Virus record (IMG/VR): IMGVR_UViG_3300032132_000754
Span: 72,117 to 136,116 of that record
Reading direction: 5' to 3' (one strand)
From: a virus
DNA: 64,000 nt
Every line of letters begins with the position of its first letter. Position 1 is the stretch's first letter. The notes beneath the pieces were generated by a model. That model made no database searches. It was not told where the DNA came from and saw only the letters and a list, made by a program, of their open reading frames with translations. Positions 37,659-47,715 of the stretch are shown piece after piece. Made by a program: the position numbers and the translations under genes.

Positions 37659-38229
37659 CGTCCCTGGCCTCTTGGCTTATCCTAGAACTTTAAGCTTGAA
37701 AGAGCTTCCCGAAATTAAAGATGAATTTGTATATGTAATCAAAGGTTACATTGAGCAAGGTCTTACGATAATGATTTATCGTGAGGTAGATTCAGGCGAC
37801 GTTTATTTGGGATTCGGAGATTTTGATGCGAATCCCATCAATATGGCTGATGAAAAACACCCGTTGCAGAGGTTAGCTTTGGAGTTCGCGTCAGATGACG
37901 CTCCAAGAGTTATCAGTTTGATGAAGGTTGCTCGAATTCCACAACTCATAATGTATTTGTCCTTAAATGATGGCAAACTGTCTTTAGTAGACTTGCGCAC
38001 ATCATTGAATAAGTTTTATGGTCCTGGAATGATTCGAGATTTATTCAGCAAGGTTTACCCGACGCAAGAGGTGTTGAAGTTGGTCACTTTAGACCAAAAT
38101 ACTATTGAAGCAATAGGACGAGGAAAAGGATCTTATAAAGGGGATTTAATTCTAAAGACGAGTGCGTTCAAGACTGTCAAGCGAGGTAATGATATGTTAC
38201 CAATGTACGCAAGAATAGAACGAAAGTGA
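37612..38229 (+). CDS. hypothetical protein
   Basis: 205-aa ORF. Confidence 0.6.
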   Translation: MQQSEHKETPSSGTSNVPGLLAYPRTLSLKELPEIKDEFVYVIKGYIEQGLTIMIYREVDSGDVYLGFGDFDANPINMADEKHPLQRLALEFASDDAPRVISLMKVARIPQLIMYLSLNDGKLSLVDLRTSLNKFYGPGMIRDLFSKVYPTQEVLKLVTLDQNTIEAIGRGKGSYKGDLILKTSAFKTVKRGNDMLPMYARIERK

Positions 38230-38233
38230 TGAA

Positions 38234-38809
38234 ATGAAGCATACGCTAATTCTTAATAAAAACTGGGTTGCAATCAACGTAACGACCGTAGAACGCGCAT
38301 TTATCCTAATGTGCCGTGACTCGGCCCGCGCGCTATGCCCGGTTTCTTATGAGACATTTTTAATCGACCGTTGGATCGAAAGGTCTATAGAACGTTCTGA
38401 CGAACTAACAGCAGAAGAAGTGATTAGAACTCCAAATATCGCCATTGAAGTGCCCGAGGTAGTAATTTTATCTGAGTACGGTGGCGTTCCATTTACTGAA
38501 GTTAATTGGTCTAGGCGCAATCTATACAAACGTGATTCTTATACTTGTCAGTATTGCAATACTCCTGGATCGCCAGGAGATTTAACTATCGACCACATCA
38601 AGCCAAGGTCTAGAGGCGGTCGAAACGGATGGACAAATTGTGTCACTTCGTGCTTAAGTTGTAATACTTTCAAAGCCGACAAACCTCTAAGAGAAACCGG
38701 CATGAAGTTAATTAAGGAACCTAAGACTCCTAAATGGCAGCCTATTGCTGGAATGATCCCTAAAGAACATCCAGAAAGCTGGAGCAAGTTCCTTAAACAT
38801 AAGATATGA
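38234..38809 (+). CDS. HNH endonuclease (McrA-like)
   Basis: LILNKNW...SRRNLYKRD.YTCQYC...LTIDHIKPRSRGG...WTNCVTSC..CN..K. Confidence 0.92.
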   Translation: MKHTLILNKNWVAINVTTVERAFILMCRDSARALCPVSYETFLIDRWIERSIERSDELTAEEVIRTPNIAIEVPEVVILSEYGGVPFTEVNWSRRNLYKRDSYTCQYCNTPGSPGDLTIDHIKPRSRGGRNGWTNCVTSCLSCNTFKADKPLRETGMKLIKEPKTPKWQPIAGMIPKEHPESWSKFLKHKI

Positions 38810-39012
38810 AATTAACGATCGTACAACGTCGTATCTTAGCCGAGGACGGCGTCCTCGATTATAAAGGCCCAGCCGCTACTAAAGCAACCCCCGATGCTGT
38901 TCCAGAAGGCACTTTTCAAGGAACTTCAGAGGGGGAGCAGCCTGTAAGCATGTCTTTAAAAGATAGAATTGAACTATTGCTTAAAAAACGGTTAGCTAAT
39001 AAAAAGCAATAG
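38806..39012 (+). CDS. hypothetical protein
   Basis: 68 aa, ATGA overlap. Confidence 0.5.
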   Translation: MKLTIVQRRILAEDGVLDYKGPAATKATPDAVPEGTFQGTSEGEQPVSMSLKDRIELLLKKRLANKKQ

Positions 39013-39032
39013 TTCGATGGTATTTAAGATAT

Positions 39033-39569
39033 ATGATCTTATTCACCAGCGGCTTCCCATATGCGGGCAAAACAGAATTAGTAAGTAGACTTTGTGAGCA
39101 ATTAGATCACAAAAATCTCATTCATATCAACCCACGAGATTTATATCCAGAAGATTTCGCAGACCTGCCTAATAGTGAGCAACAAGCTAACGGCATAGTC
39201 GCATGGGAAATGTCTTACGAAAAAGCTCGTGAGTGCATCACTAAATTACCAAATAAAGTGTTGATCGTTTTCGACACTTGTTGTAGAGATGCGCTTCAAG
39301 TAAATCAGCTTTTTGGTGATGCTAAAACGAGAGGACATAAAATCTTATTTGCTTATGTGAATGCATCAACTGACCGTCGCCAGGAATACGCGGAAGATAA
39401 AGATATTAGTAAATTCGAGGAACGCTATTCTTCGAGCTTTCAGCAAAATTTACCAAAATTCAAATCGATGTCAGATCAATTTCTAGTCATAAATAATAAC
39501 AAGAGTTTGTTAGAGTTAGACGAACGAGCTGTCGAGTTGGCTGAAAAAGTTATTGAACTAAGAAGTTAA
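39033..39569 (+). CDS. P-loop kinase (AAA_33/polynucleotide-kinase-like)
   Basis: SGFPYAGKT Walker A; LIVFDT. Confidence 0.75.
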   Translation: MILFTSGFPYAGKTELVSRLCEQLDHKNLIHINPRDLYPEDFADLPNSEQQANGIVAWEMSYEKARECITKLPNKVLIVFDTCCRDALQVNQLFGDAKTRGHKILFAYVNASTDRRQEYAEDKDISKFEERYSSSFQQNLPKFKSMSDQFLVINNNKSLLELDERAVELAEKVIELRS

Positions 39570-39571
39570 TT

Positions 39572-41491
39572 ATGTCTAAGATGGTTGAATATATAAACCC
39601 GCAAGGTCATGCTATACAGCTATCATCCCCGGACAAGGGGATTATTAAAGTTGCACCGCATAGCAGAATGGTCTTGTCAGACTGGTACATGAGATATTGT
39701 CCAAAATATCTCAGAGTTGTACGAATCGTAGAAACCACCAACAAATCCATTAAACCAAAAAACGTTAATGAGGTAAAACACGCCCCTGGGGCTCGAAAAG
39801 CCATTATTAAGCCAGGCCAAAAGCACAAAGTAATACAAAACAAAGCTGGTAAAGTTAGGTCAAAAACTCAACCTAAGAGGGCGGGAAAAACTGGTATTAA
39901 CTCGCAATCAGTGCCAAAATCTAAAAACCAACGCCCAGTGGTCGGTAGAGCACTTAGAGAAAACAAAAAACTATTTGTTAACTCTTGCCAGAAAAACGAC
40001 TGGACAGTTTCTAATAACATTGGAATCGGAATTTTAAGCTATAATAGGCTAAGGTCAATCCAGCGCCTCATTTCGTCTATTCGAAGTCATACCGACCTTA
40101 AAAAGACAACTGTTTTTGTTAGCGACGAATCGACAAACGAAGATGTTAAAACCTGGCTTAATAAACAAACCGACATCGTTGTTTTAACAAATCAGAGAAG
40201 GCTAGGCGTTGCCGGAAATAGCAACAGATTATTACGGTGCCTAGAGCGTTTTAGATTTAAATTTTTGTTGAACGATGACGTAGAAATTCTTCAACGTGGT
40301 TGGGAACAGTTTTACATTACTGCGTCCCAAAAATCTAAATTTCAACATTTCTGTTACCATCAGCACGGCGTATACGGTGCTAAACGCAATAATCCAAATT
40401 CAAGGCATGGTGGATTAGGCATCACCACGATTACCGAAAAACCTCATGGCGCTTTGATGTTTTTCACAGACAATGTGTTCCAAAAAGTCGGGTTTTTCGA
40501 CGAAAAATTTGGGACTTATGGTATCGAGCACGTGGATTGGTCAGAACGAGTATCAATGTCTAATATCCAACCAAAAGGATATCACGATGTTCAAGGATCA
40601 GACAGGTTTTTTAAAATTCATAAAGACGCTAGCTCTGTCCCTCAGCGATCACAGTCTCTTAAACAAGCTAGAGAAATCTACAAAAAGATAAAATCCCCTA
40701 ACAGAATTAGGGTTGAAGCAACAGAATATACCAAAGTCCCATCTGTTTCTGTAATCATTCCTATTAAGAACATCGGTCGGCAAGATGCTACGGAAACAAT
40801 AGTCAATTCAATCAGATCACAATTATTTCCAAACATTGAAATTATCATCTCTGAGCAAGATCAGACATCTAGATTTAATACTGAGCCAGTAAAACCATGC
40901 AAGTATCTGTTTGCAAAAAACAGACATAAAGATCAGCCATTTACAAAAGCAATGGCTTTTAATCTCGGCGTTATTAACGCAACCTATCCAAAAATTATCT
41001 TACAAGACGCCGACATCATTTGTCCATCTAACTATGTTAAGAAAATTAGTGAATTGCTCGATACTCATGCGGGAGTTCACATCGGATCCAAAGTCCTCTA
41101 TATGAATCAGAAATCATCAAGAGAGATTACATCCACAAGAGTGATTAACGCTAAAAAGGATTGCGAGCGGGCCGTCGGTTATTTCGAAGGCGGATCTTTA
41201 GCTTGCACCAAGAAAGCATACTTCAAGTGTGGCGGATTCAATGAAGTTTTCGAAGGTTACGGAATTGAAGATTGTGATTTCTTCGAAAGACTGAAATATG
41301 CCGTTAAATTCTATAATGTTAGAACCGAAGATTTTGTTCACCTATGGCATGGTAGAACATCAGGTTGGAATGTACATCACCAGCGCAACAAGAAGATTTA
41401 TTCACAACTGAAGAAGCAATATAACATGGTTTCATATATTGCTTCTCTAATTAAGAAATTAAGAGCCACTTATCCTGGCATTAAGGTGTAA
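39572..41491 (+). CDS. tandem GT-A fold glycosyltransferase (GT2 + GT2/GT7-like)
   Basis: GILSYNR...LLNDDV...GFFDEKFG.YG.EH.D, then VSVIIP...F.KA.AFNLG...LQDADI...GGFNE.FEGYG.ED.DF...HLWH. Basic N-terminal extension. Confidence 0.88.
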   Translation: MSKMVEYINPQGHAIQLSSPDKGIIKVAPHSRMVLSDWYMRYCPKYLRVVRIVETTNKSIKPKNVNEVKHAPGARKAIIKPGQKHKVIQNKAGKVRSKTQPKRAGKTGINSQSVPKSKNQRPVVGRALRENKKLFVNSCQKNDWTVSNNIGIGILSYNRLRSIQRLISSIRSHTDLKKTTVFVSDESTNEDVKTWLNKQTDIVVLTNQRRLGVAGNSNRLLRCLERFRFKFLLNDDVEILQRGWEQFYITASQKSKFQHFCYHQHGVYGAKRNNPNSRHGGLGITTITEKPHGALMFFTDNVFQKVGFFDEKFGTYGIEHVDWSERVSMSNIQPKGYHDVQGSDRFFKIHKDASSVPQRSQSLKQAREIYKKIKSPNRIRVEATEYTKVPSVSVIIPIKNIGRQDATETIVNSIRSQLFPNIEIIISEQDQTSRFNTEPVKPCKYLFAKNRHKDQPFTKAMAFNLGVINATYPKIILQDADIICPSNYVKKISELLDTHAGVHIGSKVLYMNQKSSREITSTRVINAKKDCERAVGYFEGGSLACTKKAYFKCGGFNEVFEGYGIEDCDFFERLKYAVKFYNVRTEDFVHLWHGRTSGWNVHHQRNKKIYSQLKKQYNMVSYIASLIKKLRATYPGIKV

Positions 41492-41492
41492 C

Positions 41493-41858
41493 ATGACATT
41501 GATTTGTCGCGAATGCGGAAGCAACATTGAAGAAGAAGGTTTTTGCGGAATTTGTGATCATCATGTCAGAACGCCAAGTTTCTCCGTAAACGATAAATTA
41601 AACAATCATCTAGAAGGACTATATCGCCAGCAGAATTGGTCAGCATTAGATGGCATTATGGCTTTTATTTGGTCAGATATCGAAAGATTCGAATCCGATA
41701 TTATATTAGCTGTTCTATATTATGCTAAATTAGCTGAAGAGAATTTAACTCAACTAGTTCCTCTATATGCGGCAGCGCTAAATAGATTTAAGAAGGCTTT
41801 TCCGTTTTCTTATAATCATATGCTATGCGATTTGGAACCAAAATGTCAGATAAATTAA
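41493..41858 (+). CDS. hypothetical protein with N-terminal zinc ribbon
   Basis: CRECG...CGIC. Confidence 0.6.
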   Translation: MTLICRECGSNIEEEGFCGICDHHVRTPSFSVNDKLNNHLEGLYRQQNWSALDGIMAFIWSDIERFESDIILAVLYYAKLAEENLTQLVPLYAAALNRFKKAFPFSYNHMLCDLEPKCQIN

Positions 41859-42865
41859 ACATTTTATGTTGTAAGCCCGACGGCGGTGCTTTTTATTACA
41901 TCACTAAAGGTTGGGAAGACGCTTTCAAAGCGCTAGGCCATAAGTTCGAACGTTGGGATGGCACTCCAGCACATCTAAAAAAGTACAAGCCTAATTTATA
42001 CCTTGGTTGCTCTGGATGGAGACAAGATTTTCCACAATGGGCAAAAGATGCGTTTGGAACTAAAGTCGCTATCCATGTTAATCCGTGGGGATCAACCAAA
42101 CTAACTCCAAAACCGCGTGAGCCTAATATTAACGAACCTACTCATGCTATTAAATGGGTAGAACAGCAAAATCCGGACTTCTTATTTTGTTATGCTATCC
42201 AAGCAGATATCGACGTTATGTGGAATAACTGGGAAAACAAAATTGCCCCAGTCATCCCGATGCCATGTGGTGGGAACTCAATCGCTCATGTCCCTGTAGC
42301 CAAAGACCAACGATATACATGCGATGTCGGATTTGTAGGTGGCAGATGGCCATATAAGGGTATTAACATTGATAAATTATTAATGCCAGTTATTAAATCT
42401 TGTAGCTCTCAAGTCTTTGGATGGGGCGGGTGGCCTAAAGGGCCTAAATTCAAGGGCCCAGCGAACGACGGCATGATTAACAAGCTCTTTTCGTCAGCTA
42501 AAATTTGTCCTTCGATAGTAGAACCACATACTTCACGATATGGAATTGATATTCCGGAAAGAATGTTCAAGGTTCCGCTTGGCGGAGGATTCACAATATG
42601 CGATCCGTGTAAAGGAATCGGTAGGTATGTTGACACTAAAATTTTTCCACTTGCTAAAAACGCTAAGAATTATTTAGACTTAGTCAAGCACTATTTAAAA
42701 CATGACGCTGAACGAGAAAAACTTCGCATACTTCAACGTAAAGCAATTCTAAAAGATCACACGTATTTTAGTCGTATACAAGGTTTCCTGAGGTTTTCTG
42801 GGCATGATCGCGAAGCAGAAGAGGCTCAGAAAAAAGTGGAGCAATTATTAAATGCAGTGGTATGA
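41843..42865 (+). CDS. CgeB-like GT-B glycosyltransferase
   Basis: DVGFVG, FG.GGW, LFSSAKIC, PERMFKV...GGF.I.D, YL....ER.......R..IL.DHTY..R. Confidence 0.82.
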   Translation: MSDKLNILCCKPDGGAFYYITKGWEDAFKALGHKFERWDGTPAHLKKYKPNLYLGCSGWRQDFPQWAKDAFGTKVAIHVNPWGSTKLTPKPREPNINEPTHAIKWVEQQNPDFLFCYAIQADIDVMWNNWENKIAPVIPMPCGGNSIAHVPVAKDQRYTCDVGFVGGRWPYKGINIDKLLMPVIKSCSSQVFGWGGWPKGPKFKGPANDGMINKLFSSAKICPSIVEPHTSRYGIDIPERMFKVPLGGGFTICDPCKGIGRYVDTKIFPLAKNAKNYLDLVKHYLKHDAEREKLRILQRKAILKDHTYFSRIQGFLRFSGHDREAEEAQKKVEQLLNAVV

Positions 42866-43166
42866 AAACACAGTTAATATAAACGGGACTGAGGTTTATG
42901 TCGAAGGAGTCTATAGGTCAGATGACGCCATGTTATTGATCCTTTATGAATTCGATCTAGACGAAACCGAACGTGGCCACTATTGTGCATGGAGTAAACC
43001 AGTAAATATGTGGTCTCACCAGGAGATCCTTGCAGAAGATGTTCGTTCCAAATACTTAGGGAAAGTTAAGAAGATTGAACAGAATTTGCATGCTCTGTTA
43101 GAAAAAAGGAAAACGGAGCAAAATGTATTTAAATTATCAGACCGAAAGGCTGACAACAAGGAGTAA
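42852..43166 (+). CDS. hypothetical protein
   Basis: 104-aa ORF. Confidence 0.55.
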   Translation: MQWYENTVNINGTEVYVEGVYRSDDAMLLILYEFDLDETERGHYCAWSKPVNMWSHQEILAEDVRSKYLGKVKKIEQNLHALLEKRKTEQNVFKLSDRKADNKE

Positions 43167-43170
43167 CAAA

Positions 43171-43860
43171 ATGACAACCTTAGCAGTTGAAGCAACACCG
43201 CAAACTAATACAAAAGAAATCGAATTATCACCCAAGGCAACCGCATGGTGCCGCAAAGTAGCAGGAATCGCCATTAGGCGAGCTTTCCGAGTTAAGTCTT
43301 TAGAAGGACTTCGGAATTCATTGAACGCAGACAGCCTTCGATTCTTACTACTTCCGAAGATCTACCACCGAAAGCGAATCAGCCATACTGATCGCGAGTC
43401 CAAGGTCTTCCTCCACCCCGATTTTTTCGATGAGAAGGGCAACATCCGCCGTAAGCTACCTAAGCCAATGCGAGAAGAATTGAAGGCAGCTATCTATAAA
43501 GAAGTTGTGCATTTCGCTTTTAGTAGGACCAACACTGATTTCTACAAGGCTATGGTCCGCTGTTCATGGCGTGGGCAACGTGTCGATGGTGCTCTAGGAT
43601 CTTCAACCGAGGCCCGCACTGTGCTAGCTGAGAAGAAGCGAAAGAAATTGGCCCGACGACGTAAGGTCGTTGAAGTCCCCACTGGTCTTACCGAAGACGT
43701 CGAGATGTGGGATTTAGTAGAGGGCAAGAACGTTGTCGTCAAGGGCGCTAAGATTTTCCTAGCCGACGGCAAGATCAAGATCGCTCGTGGCGAACACAAT
43801 GGCAAGAAACTCCGTAAGATGCTTCCGGGCGGTGCGGAACTTGCAAAGCAATTAGCTTAA
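43171..43860 (+). CDS. basic hypothetical protein with degenerate zincin-like motif
   Basis: AAGGAG SD, own promoter motif (43125) and terminator; IYKEVVHFAF...TDFY. Confidence 0.7.
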   Translation: MTTLAVEATPQTNTKEIELSPKATAWCRKVAGIAIRRAFRVKSLEGLRNSLNADSLRFLLLPKIYHRKRISHTDRESKVFLHPDFFDEKGNIRRKLPKPMREELKAAIYKEVVHFAFSRTNTDFYKAMVRCSWRGQRVDGALGSSTEARTVLAEKKRKKLARRRKVVEVPTGLTEDVEMWDLVEGKNVVVKGAKIFLADGKIKIARGEHNGKKLRKMLPGGAELAKQLA

Positions 43861-43866
43861 TATACT

Positions 43867-43897
43867 AGGGCGTCGAGGCTTTCTCGGCGCTCTTTTT
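43867..43897 (+). terminator. intrinsic terminator
   Basis: AGGGCGTCGAG-GCTTT-CTCGGCGCTCT-TTTT. Confidence 0.75.
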
Positions 43898-43910
43898 GTA
43901 TTTAAAAATC

Positions 43911-44288
43911 ATGGCTAAAATTACGATAAAATGCGTCGACTGTAAGTGCCCAAGAGAAATCCAATTTGCTCACCGAGCTTTGATTAAGCGTTGCAAAGAT
44001 TGTCAAGTAGAATTCAATCGAAATCAAGCCCGAGATAGGTATAGAAAAAAGAACGGCATCCCGTTAGATGCTCCGCTCATTACCCCAAGGCCGAAACGTA
44101 AAAAGAAGAAAAAAGAAGTTGACGACTTTCTAGACGAAGCAGTAGTCACTGACGCCTGGGGCAACATTGTAGAAAAAACTGAAAAAGTTGTAAGAAATGT
44201 GACTCCTGAAGAAGAAGAACGTCGCAATAAAGCCCTACAAAAACTTTTCAATATGATCGATGACGATTCTACAACGGACGATTGGTAG
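43911..44288 (+). CDS. hypothetical zinc-finger protein
   Basis: CVDC...RCKDCQ; GTATTTAA 13 nt upstream. Confidence 0.65.
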   Translation: MAKITIKCVDCKCPREIQFAHRALIKRCKDCQVEFNRNQARDRYRKKNGIPLDAPLITPRPKRKKKKKEVDDFLDEAVVTDAWGNIVEKTEKVVRNVTPEEEERRNKALQKLFNMIDDDSTTDDW

Positions 44289-44289
44289 C

Positions 44290-44697
44290 CTAAGATAAGC
44301 CAGATGCTGACTTCTTAAGAATCCTAAGGACGTCCGGATAAATGTCTTTAAGACCCCAGGCATCTAACGGTGTAAACCATTCTAATTCAGAAAATTCGCT
44401 ATTAGGATTAGCTTCGCCGCCGATTTTCCGACATACAACATAAGTAATGCCGGAACGCCACTCACAAGGTTGGCTCCATCCATCGGCTTTTACTTTAAAC
44501 CCAGTCTCTTCAAAAGTCTCACGAACAGCAGTAGCTCCAGGACATTCGCCGTCTTCGGCGTGTCCTGCTGGCATACACCATTTACCTTTACGGTCATCCG
44601 TGTTTGTAGCTTTTCCAAGAAGAATGCGGCCTGCGTCGTCGTATACTACCGCGACTGAAGCGATATGTTGTTCTTCAGACAGTAAAGACAATTTCAT
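44290..44697 (-). CDS. NUDIX hydrolase
   Basis: WCMPAGHAEDGE...AVRETFEETG Nudix box. Confidence 0.9.
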   Translation of the reverse strand: MKLSLLSEEQHIASVAVVYDDAGRILLGKATNTDDRKGKWCMPAGHAEDGECPGATAVRETFEETGFKVKADGWSQPCEWRSGITYVVCRKIGGEANPNSEFSELEWFTPLDAWGLKDIYPDVLRILKKSASGLS

Positions 44698-45185
44698 CAG
44701 TTATAAGTGAATCCAGCTACTAGCGTGTCAGCAGTAGGTCTTACGTCATTTTGTACAGTGACGTCTAACGTAGTTCCAGAAGTTCCAGAAGGAATAACGA
44801 TTCTAGCTGCTGTTTTTGTTCTAGCTTGGATAATGGCAACTTTGTCACCAATCTTGATAGTTAAATTTCCAACTTCTAAAAAGTCTCCGGCTATAATTGC
44901 GATATCCCCGGCATCTCCGAAGCTTGGATTTAAATCGGATATTGTTGGTTGGCTGACATTTAATGTATCCAAACCACCACCAGAAGAAGCCGGGATTCCA
45001 TCGTCTGCAAAATCATGTAGAGCACCGCACATCATGCATTGCATGTCCGAGTTCTGTCCTGGACCGTTGTCTTTCCACCATTGACGCCATACTTCCTCTG
45101 GGAAAGCTTCGTTATGAATGACTTGTGGGCCGACCGGTTGTGATGGTCCGCAATAAGCGCAATGAAATTTTAATTCTGCTGGCAT
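44697..45185 (-). CDS. zinc-finger + IPT/TIG (Ig-like) domain protein
   Basis: CAYC...W...CMMCGALH, then PTISDLNPSFG..G....I.G..L.....V.IG...IP...V.V.N...FTY. Confidence 0.75.
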   Translation of the reverse strand: MPAELKFHCAYCGPSQPVGPQVIHNEAFPEEVWRQWWKDNGPGQNSDMQCMMCGALHDFADDGIPASSGGGLDTLNVSQPTISDLNPSFGDAGDIAIIAGDFLEVGNLTIKIGDKVAIIQARTKTAARIVIPSGTSGTTLDVTVQNDVRPTADTLVAGFTYN

Positions 45186-45193
45186 GTTTTATC

Positions 45194-46150
45194 CTAACCT
45201 GGGACCGGAATTCTTCGGATTAACCCAATTTCGCCTGGGCCGCCGAGCGCACCGTTGCCTGTTCCCGCCGCCCCGCCAGGGGATCCACCGGCCACAGTAA
45301 CTGTGCCAGTGACTATCATTCCAGTAAAAAGAGCCAATAACATGCCGCCGCCTCCGCCGCCTCCGCCGCCTCCGTCGCCGCCTCCTTGATCAATGGCGGG
45401 GGTACCATTTGTGGCGTCTAAACTGATTGTGCCTTCCGCAATGTCTCCATTTACTTCTATAACTACTAATCCGCCGCCCCTACCACCGTTGCCAGCAGTG
45501 GCATTGACTCCGTCATCTCCAGCACCACCACCACCTCCAGGCGCAGCTATAATGCCATGTGGATGAATATCGGTCACCCAGCCTGGACGCCCGAGTGACT
45601 TCTGAGGAGGAAAATCGTTGGTGGTCGTTGATGCTGGATTGCCAATTCGGCCACCTCCAAACATGAAGCCCCTTCTAGTGCCTCGACCGCCAGCGCTATT
45701 GGCTGTAGTTCCTCCGCCATCACCGCCAGAAGATGAAGCGCCGCCATGGTACAAAGCATCTTGTATGCTTTGTGTGCCCTGTGCATTAGTGCCGCCTTGG
45801 ATTCCAGACCCAACGCCATTGATCGTGCCACCATTAACAAAATTGCCATTGCTACATTGAAAATGTACAGCTCGTATCGGAGCGCCCGTCCCTAAATTTA
45901 GAATTACGCCGCCGTTTATTGTGATGGATGTTGCTGGCACAAGATTGTTAATCCCTTGAGTGCTGGAATATACAACTGCCCCGGCAATCCCAGTTCCACC
46001 AGTAATGCGACCGACGCCAGTTAAACCAGAGTGATCGACGTTTCCGTGTTCATTTGGACTCAATACGCCATCTATAGTTTCGTGATCGATAGATGCGTGC
46101 GTCATGGCATCTAACTTATTTTGCACTAGTCTGTCTACATTAATTGTCAT
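45194..46150 (-). CDS. glycine-rich virion/fibre protein
   Basis: GGGGG runs; N-terminal H-x3-DH repeats. Confidence 0.72.
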   Translation of the reverse strand: MTINVDRLVQNKLDAMTHASIDHETIDGVLSPNEHGNVDHSGLTGVGRITGGTGIAGAVVYSSTQGINNLVPATSITINGGVILNLGTGAPIRAVHFQCSNGNFVNGGTINGVGSGIQGGTNAQGTQSIQDALYHGGASSSGGDGGGTTANSAGGRGTRRGFMFGGGRIGNPASTTTNDFPPQKSLGRPGWVTDIHPHGIIAAPGGGGGAGDDGVNATAGNGGRGGGLVVIEVNGDIAEGTISLDATNGTPAIDQGGGDGGGGGGGGGGMLLALFTGMIVTGTVTVAGGSPGGAAGTGNGALGGPGEIGLIRRIPVPG

Positions 46151-47715
46151 TAGTCATGCCCCACATATGGTAAGCCAACAAAAACGTCTTCACCGGGGTC
46201 TAAAGTTGCTTCTATAACTACAAAATAGCGTTTTTCAGATCCTGGTTGAGCAGACAAGTTAGCATCTGTTAGGTTGACCACATTTCTTGATGCTGGCGCG
46301 CTGGCTAAGCCACTTTCGAAGACTGGATTAGATGTTGTTGCATCTTCTACATAGATTTTAATGTTGTATTGTCCAGTTCCTTTAATAGGAATGTCAATAG
46401 AACTAATCTGAGTGTCGTCTGGAGAAACTCGCCCTTCATAGGAAACGTGGATTTCTGAAGCGCCAGGGCTAGCGTTAGAAAGTCGATCCCACGATTGGAA
46501 GTCTCCCAGTAAAGTAGGGGCGTCAGTGTCACCACTTGCTAATCCACTTACAATATCGTAAACTCCGGTAGCCAGGTGAGAATATGTAGTAGTTGCTGAT
46601 GCACCAGATCCTGGATTAGTCTGAGTCAAGACCATGGTGACATTGACTAAACGGAAATCTCCTGTATGGTTCCCAGTACCTCCGGTACGCCTCGCGAGCT
46701 TCAAAGCAACTACGTCGCCCGGATGGAGGCTCGCCGCTGGAAGAGTTCGGAAGGACACAGAGCGCTGTGGGCCAGTTGTATTACTCGGAACTAATCCAAA
46801 AGAAGAAACACCAACTATATCGACTGTGTTATCTACAATATTGGCAATTTCACCTTCAGTGTCTAGCTGAATTTCTCCACCAGCTTCAGCTACACTAGTG
46901 AAATAAGTTGCTGTGAAATGAACGTCCGAAGTGCCATCCCATTCTTCTGGGATAGTAAAAATTGTTTTTTGTTCAACATCCGAGCCAGTTGGATAGTCAG
47001 TGACTGGAATCTCACCAACAAAACCGTTGGTTGGTATTGGCTCGTCTGTCATTAGAAAAACGTCGGCAACTACGGATCCTGCAGCCGCCGGGGTTCGACC
47101 AGTGTAACGATAACTCCAACGAAGAACCTCGAAGTCTCCTGTGTGCAAGTCGGTTGTTGGTGAAGACGCGCCCAAGCGAGTAATATTAACTACAATGACG
47201 TTTCCGGCAGCAACATTTGCTGAATCGATGGTCAGCAGAATAGCGCGTTGTACATCAGTTGAATTTGCTGGCATGAAGCTAGCGATTGTTGGGCCGGTGT
47301 TGACGATTGTCATTCCAGTAACGATTTCGACGATAGAAATGTCTACTTGAACGGTTAGGTCAGCAACTTCGGCTGTACTCATTCGATGTGTTACTAAAAG
47401 TTCTACATCGCCACTATCATAATCGTCTGGGATTGAAAATTCTAATTTTTCACCTTGATCTGCCCCATCTTGATAGACAGAAGTGTTGAATTCGCCGAAT
47501 ACGCCAGCTGGTGGAAGTGAAGTGCCGGAGACTTCTTGTGTAAAAACAATGTCTCTAGACAAGGCTGTAGTAGCAGAAACCAACCCGGTCCCGCCGCCAG
47601 GCCCTCCTTGCGCGTCTTCAAAAGATGCGAAAGAGAATCCAGCAGTTAATACTTGGTCTGGATTAGCCCCAATGATAGAAATCTGATCGGCTCTTGGCCC
47701 TATTCTAGCTGGCAT
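46150..47715 (-). CDS. putative structural protein with two repeated beta-sandwich domains
   Basis: FSIPDDYDSG...ITRLG...HTGDF occurs twice. The C-terminal domain is paralogous to 47705..48211. Confidence 0.7.
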   Translation of the reverse strand: MPARIGPRADQISIIGANPDQVLTAGFSFASFEDAQGGPGGGTGLVSATTALSRDIVFTQEVSGTSLPPAGVFGEFNTSVYQDGADQGEKLEFSIPDDYDSGDVELLVTHRMSTAEVADLTVQVDISIVEIVTGMTIVNTGPTIASFMPANSTDVQRAILLTIDSANVAAGNVIVVNITRLGASSPTTDLHTGDFEVLRWSYRYTGRTPAAAGSVVADVFLMTDEPIPTNGFVGEIPVTDYPTGSDVEQKTIFTIPEEWDGTSDVHFTATYFTSVAEAGGEIQLDTEGEIANIVDNTVDIVGVSSFGLVPSNTTGPQRSVSFRTLPAASLHPGDVVALKLARRTGGTGNHTGDFRLVNVTMVLTQTNPGSGASATTTYSHLATGVYDIVSGLASGDTDAPTLLGDFQSWDRLSNASPGASEIHVSYEGRVSPDDTQISSIDIPIKGTGQYNIKIYVEDATTSNPVFESGLASAPASRNVVNLTDANLSAQPGSEKRYFVVIEATLDPGEDVFVGLPYVGHD

